Assembly (NCBI GenBank): GCA_963796965.1
Contig: CAWCNS010000004.1
Span: 320,001 to 384,000, forward strand
DNA length: 64,000 nt
Source: Calditrichia bacterium
GTDB taxonomy: Bacteria > Calditrichota > Calditrichia > JAJRVZ01
Direction: 5' to 3'
Made by a program: the position numbers and the translations under genes. This document shows positions 21,708 to 32,537 of this stretch, one piece after another. The notes under the pieces are model-generated. The model had not been told where the DNA came from. It saw nothing but the letters and a program-made list of their open reading frames with translations, and ran no database searches. Position 1 is the first letter of the stretch. Each line of letters opens with the position of its first letter.

Positions 21708-22541
21708 ATGATTATACATTACGTACGAGGAATTTTGATTGTAGTCTTGCTGATGGTGGTCATGCCAATGGTACTGGCGGAAGAAGAGATTGCACCGGAG
21801 GATCGGATTGAAAATTGGAAAGGAAAAACGATACTGATCTTCACACCACATCCGGATGATGATACCTTCCAGTGCGGCGGTATCATGTCAATCCTGGCGA
21901 AGAATGGGAATAAGATAGTTTTGGTGATCTATACCAACGATAACAAGGGATCACTGGACCTGGAAATGACCAGTGAGCGTTTGGCGCGGATTCGTCGCGC
22001 GGAGGAGGAGGAGGCCTGCAAAGTATTAGGCGTACCGAAGAAAAACATCCACTGGCTGGGCTATGAAGACGGCGACCTGGAATATGCTGATCCGCAACGG
22101 CTGCGTGGTGAGGCGGCACGTTTTATGAAGATCTACCGACCCGACGCGATCTTCAGTATTGATCCCGGGGAAGAATATGAACGATGGCACAAAACGGACC
22201 ATCGAATGGCGGCCTTTATCACCCAGGACGCCATAATCGCTGCGGAATGGCATCTGTATTATCCGCAGCATTATCTGGACGAAAAACTGGAATCTTACCG
22301 GGTGCCCTTGGTCTATTATTACTATACCACTGCCCCGAATTATGAGGTGGATATCACTGGGGTCATCGATAAAAAAATTGAAGCTTCGGCGAAACACGTC
22401 AGCCAGTTCCCGCCGTCGGTTGAAAAATATACGCCAGACATGCCGAAAGAAACCTACGCGGGGATCGATGCGCACTTTAAGGAAATGCACAAAGACGGCG
22501 ACCGCTATATTGAACGTTTCCGCCGTTTGGTAAACCCCTAG
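21708..22541 (+). CDS. PIG-L/LmbE family deacetylase with signal peptide
   Basis: FTPHPDDD, RRAEEEEA, HKTDH, ASAKHVSQ. Confidence 0.9.
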   Translation: MIIHYVRGILIVVLLMVVMPMVLAEEEIAPEDRIENWKGKTILIFTPHPDDDTFQCGGIMSILAKNGNKIVLVIYTNDNKGSLDLEMTSERLARIRRAEEEEACKVLGVPKKNIHWLGYEDGDLEYADPQRLRGEAARFMKIYRPDAIFSIDPGEEYERWHKTDHRMAAFITQDAIIAAEWHLYYPQHYLDEKLESYRVPLVYYYYTTAPNYEVDITGVIDKKIEASAKHVSQFPPSVEKYTPDMPKETYAGIDAHFKEMHKDGDRYIERFRRLVNP

Positions 22542-22658
22542 GGCTAAAGAGTACCTGGGGGAAGTTTCTTTGGAACAAAAAAGTCTACTCCTGAATCCTC
22601 TTTCTGGAAGGACGATTTTCTCATTTAACGATAATTCAATCAACAAAAGGAAAGTATT

Positions 22659-25245
22659 GTGAAAAATCAAAAATCACAATATGATCGCAATGGAAATTTC
22701 AATTATTACAATGAGGATTTAAAATCTACAGGTATAACGGGCAGAAACTTTATTAAATCCGGTACGATAATTACAGCAGCAGCGGTTTTACTTTTCCTTG
22801 TTGCCTGGGCTCAGGATGCAACCTCGGCGAAAACGGACGGCCCTATAAGCAAGATGATTGCTTCTGTCTTGCGTGAGCCTCTTCCACCGGAAGACCTCTT
22901 CTGCAACGTCGAAGCCGAAGAAATCGTAATTCAGGGACCGACCTTTCGGTATACGCTGGACCGTAGCAGTGGTACGATACGCGAATTGGAAGTCCGGCGG
23001 GAAGGTCGTGTTGTCGTTTCGCTACAGGCACCGGCCGACATTGTCCTGGACGACTATCGACTGTGTGCCGACGGCAATTTGGGAAATACAATCGTTGCTG
23101 ACCAGAGCAAGGAGAAGGTTGTTCTGAAAACAGAAGGCGTCCTGAAAGACCAGGGACGGCGCGGTCCTGATATACCTTATTCTCAACTAATCACTTTTTT
23201 CAACGATGGTGTGGTCGTCTCCCGGATCAGTCTCCGGCCGCGAGAGGATATTCACGTCAAGAACTCGCTGAACCATCGCCTCACGGCGCAAGGCCGGTTC
23301 AGCCATTACTTTCACAAACGAAGAGACGATAACGGCATGGGAAGCGAAGCAAGCTCCCTTCCGCCTTCTGGGGAATCGATTATACTAACTTCGCTGACCT
23401 CGTGCCTGGAAGTATTCAGCCAGGAGGCGGCGCTGGCCATCTTCACCGACCGAGGTGCAACCCACCTGGCGGAGAAGGGAATGCAAACGGCTACAATCAA
23501 GGTTCACAAGAAGACCTCCGGTCAGTCTACAGTCTCATTGACGCAGAACATTATCAATATTGGGTCGTTAGGCAAACCTTTCCTGATTAAAGCCGGCGAG
23601 GAGTTCACGTTTCGGACGGGAATCTGCCTTGCCCCGAATCGATTGCCCCATCCCAGGCAACATGATCTGCGCATGTATATTTGGATCGGCGATCAGAAAA
23701 ATCCTTATCCCACTAATCGGGAGATTTTGGATGCCGCCCACCTGGGTTTTACTCTCTTTCAAATGCATCGGGTAGGAACGCCTGGTGAACCACGTCCGCC
23801 GGCGGGTGAATTAGATCGGGTTATCGCGAAAGTGCACGAAGCGGGAATGCTTTTCATCTGGACGGCGAATGCAGACCTCATGTATGCCAATTCCATGGGA
23901 GTCACCCGACATGAAAAGCAGCGGCAAATGGCCGCTTTGGCAAGGATTCAATTATGGAGGCCGTTACAAAGCAGAAATGGACCCCTACTGCAGTCTGGTT
24001 GCCACGTGCCTTGCCTCTCCAAATGGATTAGCAGATTATCGGGTCGCTACGATCACTGAAATGCTGAAACATTATGATGTTGACGGAATGTATATTGATG
24101 ACAACCTGGGCTATTCAAATTGTCCTCTCTGGAAAGAGCATGACCATCCTGAAAAGGTGTATGACTGCCTGATTGAACTGCACGAGATGAACTGGCGACG
24201 GCGACAGGAACTCCGAAAGAAGTGTCCGCATATGGTATTGATCGACCATTGCACAAATGCCCTGGTACTGCCCGTGATCAACACCTTCGACGTGCACCTG
24301 TTCGGTGAGGGATACAACATCTCGCTCGATGACTACCGGGACTACTTCATGTCCGTTAAAAATTTGCATGGTCAGGGATGTTTGTGGGCGGGAGATACGG
24401 AGGGAACCCGGGTTGGCGTTCAGGCTGCTTACAACCTGGACCTGCTCACCGGGGGTGGGCAATACAGCTATACTGATTGGCGGCTCTACCCAAAGAAATT
24501 CCCCTATGCTGCGGGTGTCAGAGATTTCGAACCGCTGTTCGTCAAAGCTTACAATCTGGCTCAGTTCTACTTCGGGATGTACGAGTCGCAGGCATACTAC
24601 TTTAATTCGTCCGGTAAGACGTTCTCTACGATTACACCGAACACGTATGCCACGATTTATCGCAATCAGACTTGGGGCGATTTTATGATTCCCATCATCA
24701 ATTTGAATAACGGGGAGAAGACAATAAATTTGGAATTCCATCAGCCGGATAAACTCAATATCGATCCGCATGCGGATTATATGCGGTTTGACGTGAATGA
24801 GCGAACAGTCAATCGTGTGCCGGGAGAAACGTTCAGGAAAGGGCTTCGCGACATCCAGATACCCGGTCAAGGTCTCAAACTGTTCTATGTGCGTGAGATA
24901 CCGAAGAACGCTCCTTATCATTTGTTTGGAGGGAAGAGGATTTCGGAATCATGGTCCGAAAATGACCACAAACTCGTCGTGATGCTGCAGGCACCGTCTG
25001 GGCTGAAGGAAATAGTATTGTTGGATGCTGTGGATCGTGGCATCGAGAGCATTTGGGTTGACGGAAAGCCAGCCAGGTTCTTTCTCGATTCGTCGCGTGG
25101 AATCGCTCACGGCGAAGTGACCTTTGCTATCCGTCCTGTCGCGGTCGAGGTGATATTCTCTCCGAATTCTCGCTCAAAACTGACAGATAAAGCGATCACT
25201 CCGGACGACCTTGTAGTGAAATATCTGCGAAATAAACAACGGTAG
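22659..25245 (+). CDS. Large secreted hypothetical protein with a putative glycoside-hydrolase TIM barrel, frameshifted near 23905
   Basis: ORFs 22659..24059 and 23869..25245 overlap and join. YDVDGMYIDD resembles TIM-barrel GH motifs. Confidence 0.55.
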
Positions 25246-25304
25246 GGCGATTTGATATCGAAAAATCAGGTTGTTGTTCGAATAAGAGTGAAAATTAGAA
25301 ATCG

Positions 25305-28115
25305 TTGCACAGAATAAACAATAGTTTGAGGAGGCTCAGATTGGAACTAAAAGATAGGTTCACTTTATTTTTCACAATTGTATTGCTTTTATTTGTCTCT
25401 TGTCAAAAAGAAGAAATTATCATTAAATCTTTTGATCTCCGTTGTGAAAATCGGGTTAATCCTCTATGTATTGATATTTTGTCACCCCATTTAAGTTGGA
25501 AACTGGAATCCACACAGCGGGGAAAAAGGCAGTCAGCTTACCAAATCATCGTAGCAGACTCAGAGGACAAACTATCAAAAAATGATGGCAATCTATGGGA
25601 TTCAAAGAAAATAGACTCGAATCAATCCATTCAAATTAAATATAAAGGGAAGCAACTCTCAAGTAGTCTCATCTGCTTTTGGAAAGTTCGCGTATGGGAT
25701 GAAGATGGCTTTATCTCCGATTGGAGTGAAACATCCACCTGGGAAATGGGATTGGTTTCACAGGATGATTGGAAAGCGGAATGGATCAATGATGGCAAGC
25801 CAGATCCTCAAAAAACAGAAGATTTTTATAAAGATGATCCGGCACCACTTTTTAGACATGATTTCACTGTAAAGAAGGATATAATAAAGGCAAGAATGTA
25901 TATTAGTGGTCTGGGATATTATGAAGCCTATATTAATGGTGAGCGGGTTGGCGATCAGGTCTTGGATCCTGGCTGGACGAATTACAGTAAGCGTGTCCTG
26001 TACAGCACGTATGATATAACTGATCTTATTAAGAATGATGGAAACTGTATAGGTGTAATGCTTGGCAATGGCTGGTATAACCCCTTGCCAATGACCATGT
26101 GGGGATATCTTAACCTACGAGAGCATCTTCCAATTGGCCGACCAAGATTTATTGCCCAGATCAAAATCAATTATAATGATGGTTCATCAGAACTCATTGT
26201 TTCAAATGTGAATTGGAAAAAACATGAAGGTCCGATAATTCGTAACAATATATATCTGGGAGAGATCTATGATGCACGTAAGGAGATAACCGGATGGAAC
26301 GAAGTTGGATTTGATGATAGTAACTGGAAGTCGGCAATCATAGCAAAAGAAAAAGTTGGAAAGTTGCAAGCCCAGAATCAACCACCCGTTAAAATTACAG
26401 GATATATAAAGCCCGTTAATATTACTGAACCCAAGCCAAATGTCCATATCTACGATATGGGACAAAATTTTGCGGGCTGGGTTAAACTAAAAGTAGAGGC
26501 ACCGGCTGGGAATCGGATAACTCTCAGGTTTGGTGAGCTGCTTTATGAGGACGGAACACTCAACCCTATGACCAGCGTAGCCGGTCAAATTAAGGGAAGG
26601 AATAAAGAAGGTGAGCTAAGAGGTGGGCCGGGGGTCCCCGATACGGCCTGGCAGAGCGATACCTACATCACCCGGGGTGGAGGTGTTGAAGAATATATAC
26701 CGCGATTTACTTTTCATGCCTTTCGATATGTTGAAATTACCGGTTATCCGGGTGAACCCGATGAAGATGCCCTAGAGGGGCTCCGTTTAAGTAGTAATCT
26801 CAAAAAGAGCGGCTCATTTGAATGTTCGAATAAATTGTTTAATGACATCCAAAAAATTACGGAGTGGACTTTTTTGAGTAATGTTTTTAGTGTACAGTCC
26901 GATTGCCCGCATCGAGAACGCTTTGGTTATGGGGGCGATATTGCTGCCACGACAGATGCGTTCATCTATAATTTTGATATGTTGAACTTTTATTCAAAGG
27001 TTGTTCGTGATTATCAGGAGGCGGCTCTTCCTGATGGCAGGTTAACAGATACAGCACCCTTTGTAGGGATTGACTATTGTGGTATTGGCTGGGCCCTTGC
27101 ACATCCGTTGTTATTATTAGATTTATATCAATATTACGATAATCGCCAACTAATTGATGAGCAGTATAATACTGCGCGAAAATGGTTTGAGGTCGTCATT
27201 TCAAATAACGATTTAATCATTACAGAAGGGCTTAATGACCATGAAAGTCTATCCCCAATGACGACGGAGGAGATGGTAACACCATTATTTCATCTGAGTG
27301 CAAAATACATGGCAAGATTAGCAGGGATCATAGGTAGAGATGATGATGCTGAAAGATATAATTCACTCTCACAGAGAATAAAAGATGCCTACCTTGAAAG
27401 GTTTCACGAAAAAGGAAGTGGAATATTTGCCCCCCATACGCAAGGGAGTCAGGCCTTTGCTTTATACACAGAACTTGTACCTGAAGAGGAAATAGAGATG
27501 GCTGTAATGGAACTTGTACAAAATATTGAAATTGTTCATCAGGGTCATTTGACTACAGGTTTATATGGAACTAAGTATGCATTAGATATGCTCTCCAAGT
27601 ATGGGCATGCAGAAACTGCTGGAAAAATGGTGAGTCAAACTGCTTTTCCGGGGTGGGGACATATGTTGGCCAATGGGGCTACTACACTTTGGGAACATTG
27701 GGAATATAGTGATAATACCTATTCACATAATCATCCCATGTTTGGTTGCGTCAGTGAATGGTTCTATAAATGGGTGGGTGGTATTCAGGCTGATCCTACG
27801 GCGTTGGGTTTTGAAAAAATTATTATACGTCCGCAAATAATTACTCAGGTTGATTGGGTGAAAGCGTCCCATAATTCCATTCATGGCCGGATTGAAAGTG
27901 AATGGGAACGAGAGGACAAGTCATTCACCCTGAACATTACCATTCCTATTAATACAACAGCGACAGTTTATTTACCCACTAAAGATAGCACAACCATCAG
28001 GGAAAGTGGATCCGAGATTGCAAAGATGAAAGATATTCAATTTATAAAAATGGAAAATGGCCATGCCATTCTATCAGTTGGCTCAGGTAGATTTTCTTTT
28101 GAGTCAAAATTATGA
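25305..28115 (+). CDS. GH78 alpha-L-rhamnosidase
   Basis: SGLGYYEAYING, DMGQNFAG, FTFHAFRYVE, SDCPHRERFGYGGD, GATTLWEHW, SHNHPMFG. Start uncertain. Confidence 0.93.
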   Translation: MHRINNSLRRLRLELKDRFTLFFTIVLLLFVSCQKEEIIIKSFDLRCENRVNPLCIDILSPHLSWKLESTQRGKRQSAYQIIVADSEDKLSKNDGNLWDSKKIDSNQSIQIKYKGKQLSSSLICFWKVRVWDEDGFISDWSETSTWEMGLVSQDDWKAEWINDGKPDPQKTEDFYKDDPAPLFRHDFTVKKDIIKARMYISGLGYYEAYINGERVGDQVLDPGWTNYSKRVLYSTYDITDLIKNDGNCIGVMLGNGWYNPLPMTMWGYLNLREHLPIGRPRFIAQIKINYNDGSSELIVSNVNWKKHEGPIIRNNIYLGEIYDARKEITGWNEVGFDDSNWKSAIIAKEKVGKLQAQNQPPVKITGYIKPVNITEPKPNVHIYDMGQNFAGWVKLKVEAPAGNRITLRFGELLYEDGTLNPMTSVAGQIKGRNKEGELRGGPGVPDTAWQSDTYITRGGGVEEYIPRFTFHAFRYVEITGYPGEPDEDALEGLRLSSNLKKSGSFECSNKLFNDIQKITEWTFLSNVFSVQSDCPHRERFGYGGDIAATTDAFIYNFDMLNFYSKVVRDYQEAALPDGRLTDTAPFVGIDYCGIGWALAHPLLLLDLYQYYDNRQLIDEQYNTARKWFEVVISNNDLIITEGLNDHESLSPMTTEEMVTPLFHLSAKYMARLAGIIGRDDDAERYNSLSQRIKDAYLERFHEKGSGIFAPHTQGSQAFALYTELVPEEEIEMAVMELVQNIEIVHQGHLTTGLYGTKYALDMLSKYGHAETAGKMVSQTAFPGWGHMLANGATTLWEHWEYSDNTYSHNHPMFGCVSEWFYKWVGGIQADPTALGFEKIIIRPQIITQVDWVKASHNSIHGRIESEWEREDKSFTLNITIPINTTATVYLPTKDSTTIRESGSEIAKMKDIQFIKMENGHAILSVGSGRFSFESKL

Positions 28116-28189
28116 TACTTTGATAGATACCCTCTGAGAATTATATGGTTATTCTTTAATTTATCCATTTATAATAACGGAATACTCTT

Positions 28190-30523
28190 ATGAATAAAAT
28201 AATTATAGCGATATATCTCATCCTGTCAATATCTTTATTAGCTCAGGATAAATCTGTCTCATTATCACGTCCCGCTATAGCTGATCGACAGCTGCTACTC
28301 TCAAATCTATGGTACGAAGGAATACCGCTTGGAAATGGCGATCTGGGAATGATTGTTTATGGCTCCGATGACAGATTGACTTTTGCCGTCGGCAAGAATG
28401 ATTTATGGGATCGACGGTATTATAAAGAGCCTGCTACACAAAAATTTTATACACCCATGCCAAAACCGGCATGCAAAATTCAGGTATGGCAGCCATCGGA
28501 TGAAACGGAGTCCGGAAAAAAACCTTTACAATCTGTGAAGCATACTCTATCGCTGGAAAAAGCAGAACTTATAACGTCGACCGCCCCTTTTTCAATAATA
28601 TCAAGAGTTCAAAAAGATCGAAACATCATATTTCTTGAATTTAAAAACATCAAAGAAAAGACTCTCATCTCTCTGAATCGAAGCAGCGACACATCCAATA
28701 CAGAAATAATTGATCCAAAACATCAGGTGAATAATAATATTGGGATTATTATTCAGGATTTGCCGGCTGAACGTACCTATCCGGAAGGGTTTCGATATGT
28801 TGTCAGCGCTAAAATCCTAAATGGCAAGAAGCCGGATTTAAAAAAGGATGGAATCATCTGGACGATTGAAAATGATTGTATTCTGGCAGTTGCTGTCGTG
28901 ACCACAAGAGATAAACCTCAGCCGGTATCCGCGGCCAAAAAAACAATCTCAGAAGTAACAGATTACCGCCATTTAGAAATCGCTCATAGGAAGCAATGGC
29001 AGTCATTTTGGGGCAAATCATGGATCAGGATTGATGATGTAGAAATACAGGATCTGTGGTACAATTACCTCTATTTGTTTAACTCAGCAACCCAACCCGA
29101 AGCCATTGCTCCCGGGTTATACTCCCCATGGATTGTTAATGATGAAAGTGCCTGGAGAGGTTCGTATACAACAGATTATAATTTCCAGCAAACGTATGAT
29201 GCAGCTTTATCCTCAAATCATGCCGAATTGATGGAAGCCTATTTCTCATCCGTTGAACGGACTCTGCCAAATGCAAGGGAACTCGCTCAAATATTATATG
29301 ACAAGAAAGGCCTCATATTTCCCCATGAAATGTTTCCCATAGATGCAAAAGGGAAACCTGTTGATGAAAAATCTTATTATCGACTTGAAACACCCTATTT
29401 GCTTAAACATTTTTGGGAGTATTATGAATATACGCAGGATGTCACTTTTTTAGAGGAACGATGTTACCCTCTTTTGTCAGAATGTGCGGAATCCATAATT
29501 AATATATTTATTACAGATGAAGGTAATGGAAGATATTCCGTTCCCAACTATAAATCCCTGGAACATCCTAAATCCCCACTTGCAAAAAACGGGACACCTG
29601 AATTGGGTTTTATTCAATATATTCTTAAAGCAGCGATTAGTGGTGCAAATATCTTAAACAGGGATAACGATCAGGTTTTGAAATGGCAAAAGATTCTTAA
29701 AGGGTTACCGTCCTATCCCACAGCACGAAATCATCTTGGAAAAATTTATGTGGACTGTGAGATCGATGATGATAACTGGAATGCAGCCCCCCCTGTGGAA
29801 TTAAAATTTAAAGGTTGGCGGCCATCAAAACTGGAAGGGAATACGGGTGCCTGGATGTATTATAATTTGCCAAATAGTCTGATGCATGTTTGGCCCTGTG
29901 AGCAAATTGATATAGATTCTCCCGATGATAAACTCTTGACCGCCATACGGACCTGGATGACCATAAAACTCGAGGGATCCAATAATCTTGTCTCACATCA
30001 TGTGATTGCTTCCAGACTCGGTATCAATTCTTATAATGATTTTAAACGAGATTTGTCTTTTCGGGCATTACCGAATGGTCTGGTTACGACAAAAGTAAGC
30101 AAGGTATCAAGTTCGTTTGATTACGATTGGGGGTATTTCCGATTTTGGTCCTATGGTCTTTTCATTGAGAATTGCGGACTTCCACTTGTCATTAATGAAA
30201 TGATGCTGCAGAGTCAAAATAATACAATCAAACTTTTTCCAACCCTCGATGTTCACAGAAAAGCAGAATTTCATCATTTAAGAGCACGGGGTGGTTTTAA
30301 GGTCTCAGCAAAAGTTGATCGTGGATTTGTTGAGTTAGCTGAAATAGAAGCTACAGTAGATGGGGAATGTCGGGTAAGACTACCATGGCCCTACAGTCTC
30401 CTGATCATCGAAAATATTTCATCAGGAGCATATGTATCTGTACAAAAAGATGGTAATGATATTGTTTTTGGGGCAAAAGCAGGAAATACCTACAGAATTA
30501 CTCCTAAAACCGCAAGAAGGTAA
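28190..30523 (+). CDS. GH95-like (alpha-L-fucosidase-type) glycoside hydrolase
   Basis: [39 protein letters not shown]. Confidence 0.75.
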   Translation: MNKIIIAIYLILSISLLAQDKSVSLSRPAIADRQLLLSNLWYEGIPLGNGDLGMIVYGSDDRLTFAVGKNDLWDRRYYKEPATQKFYTPMPKPACKIQVWQPSDETESGKKPLQSVKHTLSLEKAELITSTAPFSIISRVQKDRNIIFLEFKNIKEKTLISLNRSSDTSNTEIIDPKHQVNNNIGIIIQDLPAERTYPEGFRYVVSAKILNGKKPDLKKDGIIWTIENDCILAVAVVTTRDKPQPVSAAKKTISEVTDYRHLEIAHRKQWQSFWGKSWIRIDDVEIQDLWYNYLYLFNSATQPEAIAPGLYSPWIVNDESAWRGSYTTDYNFQQTYDAALSSNHAELMEAYFSSVERTLPNARELAQILYDKKGLIFPHEMFPIDAKGKPVDEKSYYRLETPYLLKHFWEYYEYTQDVTFLEERCYPLLSECAESIINIFITDEGNGRYSVPNYKSLEHPKSPLAKNGTPELGFIQYILKAAISGANILNRDNDQVLKWQKILKGLPSYPTARNHLGKIYVDCEIDDDNWNAAPPVELKFKGWRPSKLEGNTGAWMYYNLPNSLMHVWPCEQIDIDSPDDKLLTAIRTWMTIKLEGSNNLVSHHVIASRLGINSYNDFKRDLSFRALPNGLVTTKVSKVSSSFDYDWGYFRFWSYGLFIENCGLPLVINEMMLQSQNNTIKLFPTLDVHRKAEFHHLRARGGFKVSAKVDRGFVELAEIEATVDGECRVRLPWPYSLLIIENISSGAYVSVQKDGNDIVFGAKAGNTYRITPKTARR

Positions 30524-30579
30524 AATCACCATTTCGAACAGAAAAGGTATCAAGTATCCTCAAACCAGGGAGCATTTCG

Positions 30580-31512
30580 ATGGCACGGAAAAAAAGTATG
30601 TTGGCCGAAGAGTGGTGGGATTATACCACACTTGATGAGAAAATATTGAAAGATGCAGCAAAATTAACAGAAAAAGATATGTCCGAGCTTTCCCGACCCG
30701 GATTTAGGGTTCAATTTTATGATACGATTGAGTCATTCTATCTGGCTGAGGCTTTGGAATATATCCATGCCTGGAAACAGGCGACCCCTTCAAATCCTAG
30801 TGGTATTTGCGGGCCAATAGGTCCAACCGAGCAATTACCTCTCGTAGCCGAACTGGTAAATAGCCTTAATATATCATTGAAAGATGCTCATTTCTGGGGA
30901 ATGGATGAATGGGTAGTGAATGGAAAAGAGGTCAACGAATCCCATCCCCTATCATTTGCAAGAACAGATAGAGAACTCTTATTCAATCGGATAAGGCCAG
31001 AATTAAAAATGCCTGAGGAAAATATCCATTTTCCTCAATCAGGTAATCTTAATGACTATACAACCAGTTTTGATCAGATTTGCTGCAAAACCATGCAGGG
31101 TGGACAGGGTGAAGTGAAGCATTGGGCTTTTAACGATCCAGTTAAGCGGGAGGGAAAATATGTCGATGCCCCACCGCCGGCAAATGACTATCGGAAATTA
31201 GCAACCAGGTTGGTTGATTTGCACCCTATTACATTGGCACAGAATGCCAGAACGTCCGGCGGCGGTTATATCGTTGGTGTTCCCCGGCAGGCATTAACCG
31301 TAGGTCCGGTTGAGACATGGAAATCTGAAATAGTATCCATTTGGCAGGCTGGTATGCACGATAATGCTTTTGGAATGAGATTAACAGCCTTTATGATATC
31401 TAAAAATATTGTTGATACGGCAGTACCCATGTCCCTTTTAGCTGATCATCCGAATGTTGTTTTTAATTATTATCGTGGTGGTTTTGGTGAGGTTGAAGTT
31501 GAAATGCATTAA
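30580..31512 (+). CDS. Glucosamine-6-phosphate isomerase/deaminase-like (NagB fold) protein
   Basis: [42 protein letters not shown]. Confidence 0.75.
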   Translation: MARKKSMLAEEWWDYTTLDEKILKDAAKLTEKDMSELSRPGFRVQFYDTIESFYLAEALEYIHAWKQATPSNPSGICGPIGPTEQLPLVAELVNSLNISLKDAHFWGMDEWVVNGKEVNESHPLSFARTDRELLFNRIRPELKMPEENIHFPQSGNLNDYTTSFDQICCKTMQGGQGEVKHWAFNDPVKREGKYVDAPPPANDYRKLATRLVDLHPITLAQNARTSGGGYIVGVPRQALTVGPVETWKSEIVSIWQAGMHDNAFGMRLTAFMISKNIVDTAVPMSLLADHPNVVFNYYRGGFGEVEVEMH

Positions 31513-31525
31513 CAGAATAGATTCT

Positions 31526-31672
31526 TTCTCGCAAAGACGCAGAGGCGCAAAGAAGGCAAATAAAAAAATACAATTTAAAAGATTCATAATATTTTAAAAT
31601 TCTATATAAGTAATTGATACTCATAGTGTGTATTGTATTATTTTCCTCTGCGTCTTTGCGGCTCTGCGAGAG
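31526..31672. repeat. Family A palindromic element
   Basis: ctcgcaaagacgcagaggcgcaaag ... ctctgcgtctttgcggctctgcgag. Confidence 0.85.
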
Positions 31673-31694
31673 ATCTTTATAGGTCAGATATTTT

Positions 31695-32480
31695 ATGAAG
31701 AACATGAAAAATAAAATTGTCTTAGCGATTGGGGCGCATCCGGACGATGTGGAAATATTTGGTGCCGGAACGCTTGCTTTACTAAAGAACAAAGGCTGGG
31801 AAATTGCCATTGCTACGATGACAGCAGGTGATGTGGGATCGGTCGAATTGAGTCGAGATGAAATCAGCGAGGTCAGGAAACGGGAGGCAAAAAACGCGGC
31901 AGATCTACTCAATGCATCGTATTATTGTATGGACTGCGAGGATATATTTATTTCCTATGATCGTCTGACGTTACTCAAAGTGATTAAACTGATCAGGGAG
32001 GTAAAGCCGGACATCGTATTCACCATGTCTCCCCAGGATTATATGATTGATCATGAGATGACGAGTCAGATTGTAAGCACGGCCTGTTTTTCAGCGGGTA
32101 TTAAACTAATCAAAACGGATGAGGTGGAGGCAGGCGATTGTGTTCCCCATCTCTACTATTGGGATCCTATGGAATGTAAAGATATATTCGGTAAAAAGGT
32201 TGAGACTTCAATAATAGTTGATATCACCCCGGTGATGAAACTAAAAGAAGATATGCTTAAATGTCATGAAAGTCAGCGAAGCTGGTTGAAAGAACATCAT
32301 GGAATAGATGAATATATTAATGCAATGAATAAATTTTCAGCATTGAGGGGAGAAGAAATAGGGACAACCTATGCAGAGGGATTTCGACAGCATTTAGGTC
32401 ATGCTTATCCCCAGGACAATATATTAGAAAAGGAATTAGGCAGAGTTAGTCTATATAAAGTAATGGGTCTGTTCTATTAA
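31695..32480 (+). CDS. PIG-L/LmbE family deacetylase
   Basis: GAHPDDVE, RKREA, DYMIDHE, CHESQ. Confidence 0.9.
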   Translation: MKNMKNKIVLAIGAHPDDVEIFGAGTLALLKNKGWEIAIATMTAGDVGSVELSRDEISEVRKREAKNAADLLNASYYCMDCEDIFISYDRLTLLKVIKLIREVKPDIVFTMSPQDYMIDHEMTSQIVSTACFSAGIKLIKTDEVEAGDCVPHLYYWDPMECKDIFGKKVETSIIVDITPVMKLKEDMLKCHESQRSWLKEHHGIDEYINAMNKFSALRGEEIGTTYAEGFRQHLGHAYPQDNILEKELGRVSLYKVMGLFY

Positions 32481-32537
32481 GGAACAGCAGAAATTAACTT
32501 GTATCAGGATTTTAGCCTATTAAAAATGGAGCATTAA

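Noticed and set aside
22026..24921. Long minus-strand ORFs (22026..22670, 24115..24921) and other short alternative-frame ORFs
   Set aside because: They are shadows of well-supported + strand genes and have no recognisable motifs.
31463..31912. ORFs running through repeat elements (31463..31912, 7868..8116, 47585..47845, 58126..58356, and the N-extensions at 35056 and 51210)
   Set aside because: They translate palindromic repeat DNA. Better starts exist downstream at 35101 and 51315.
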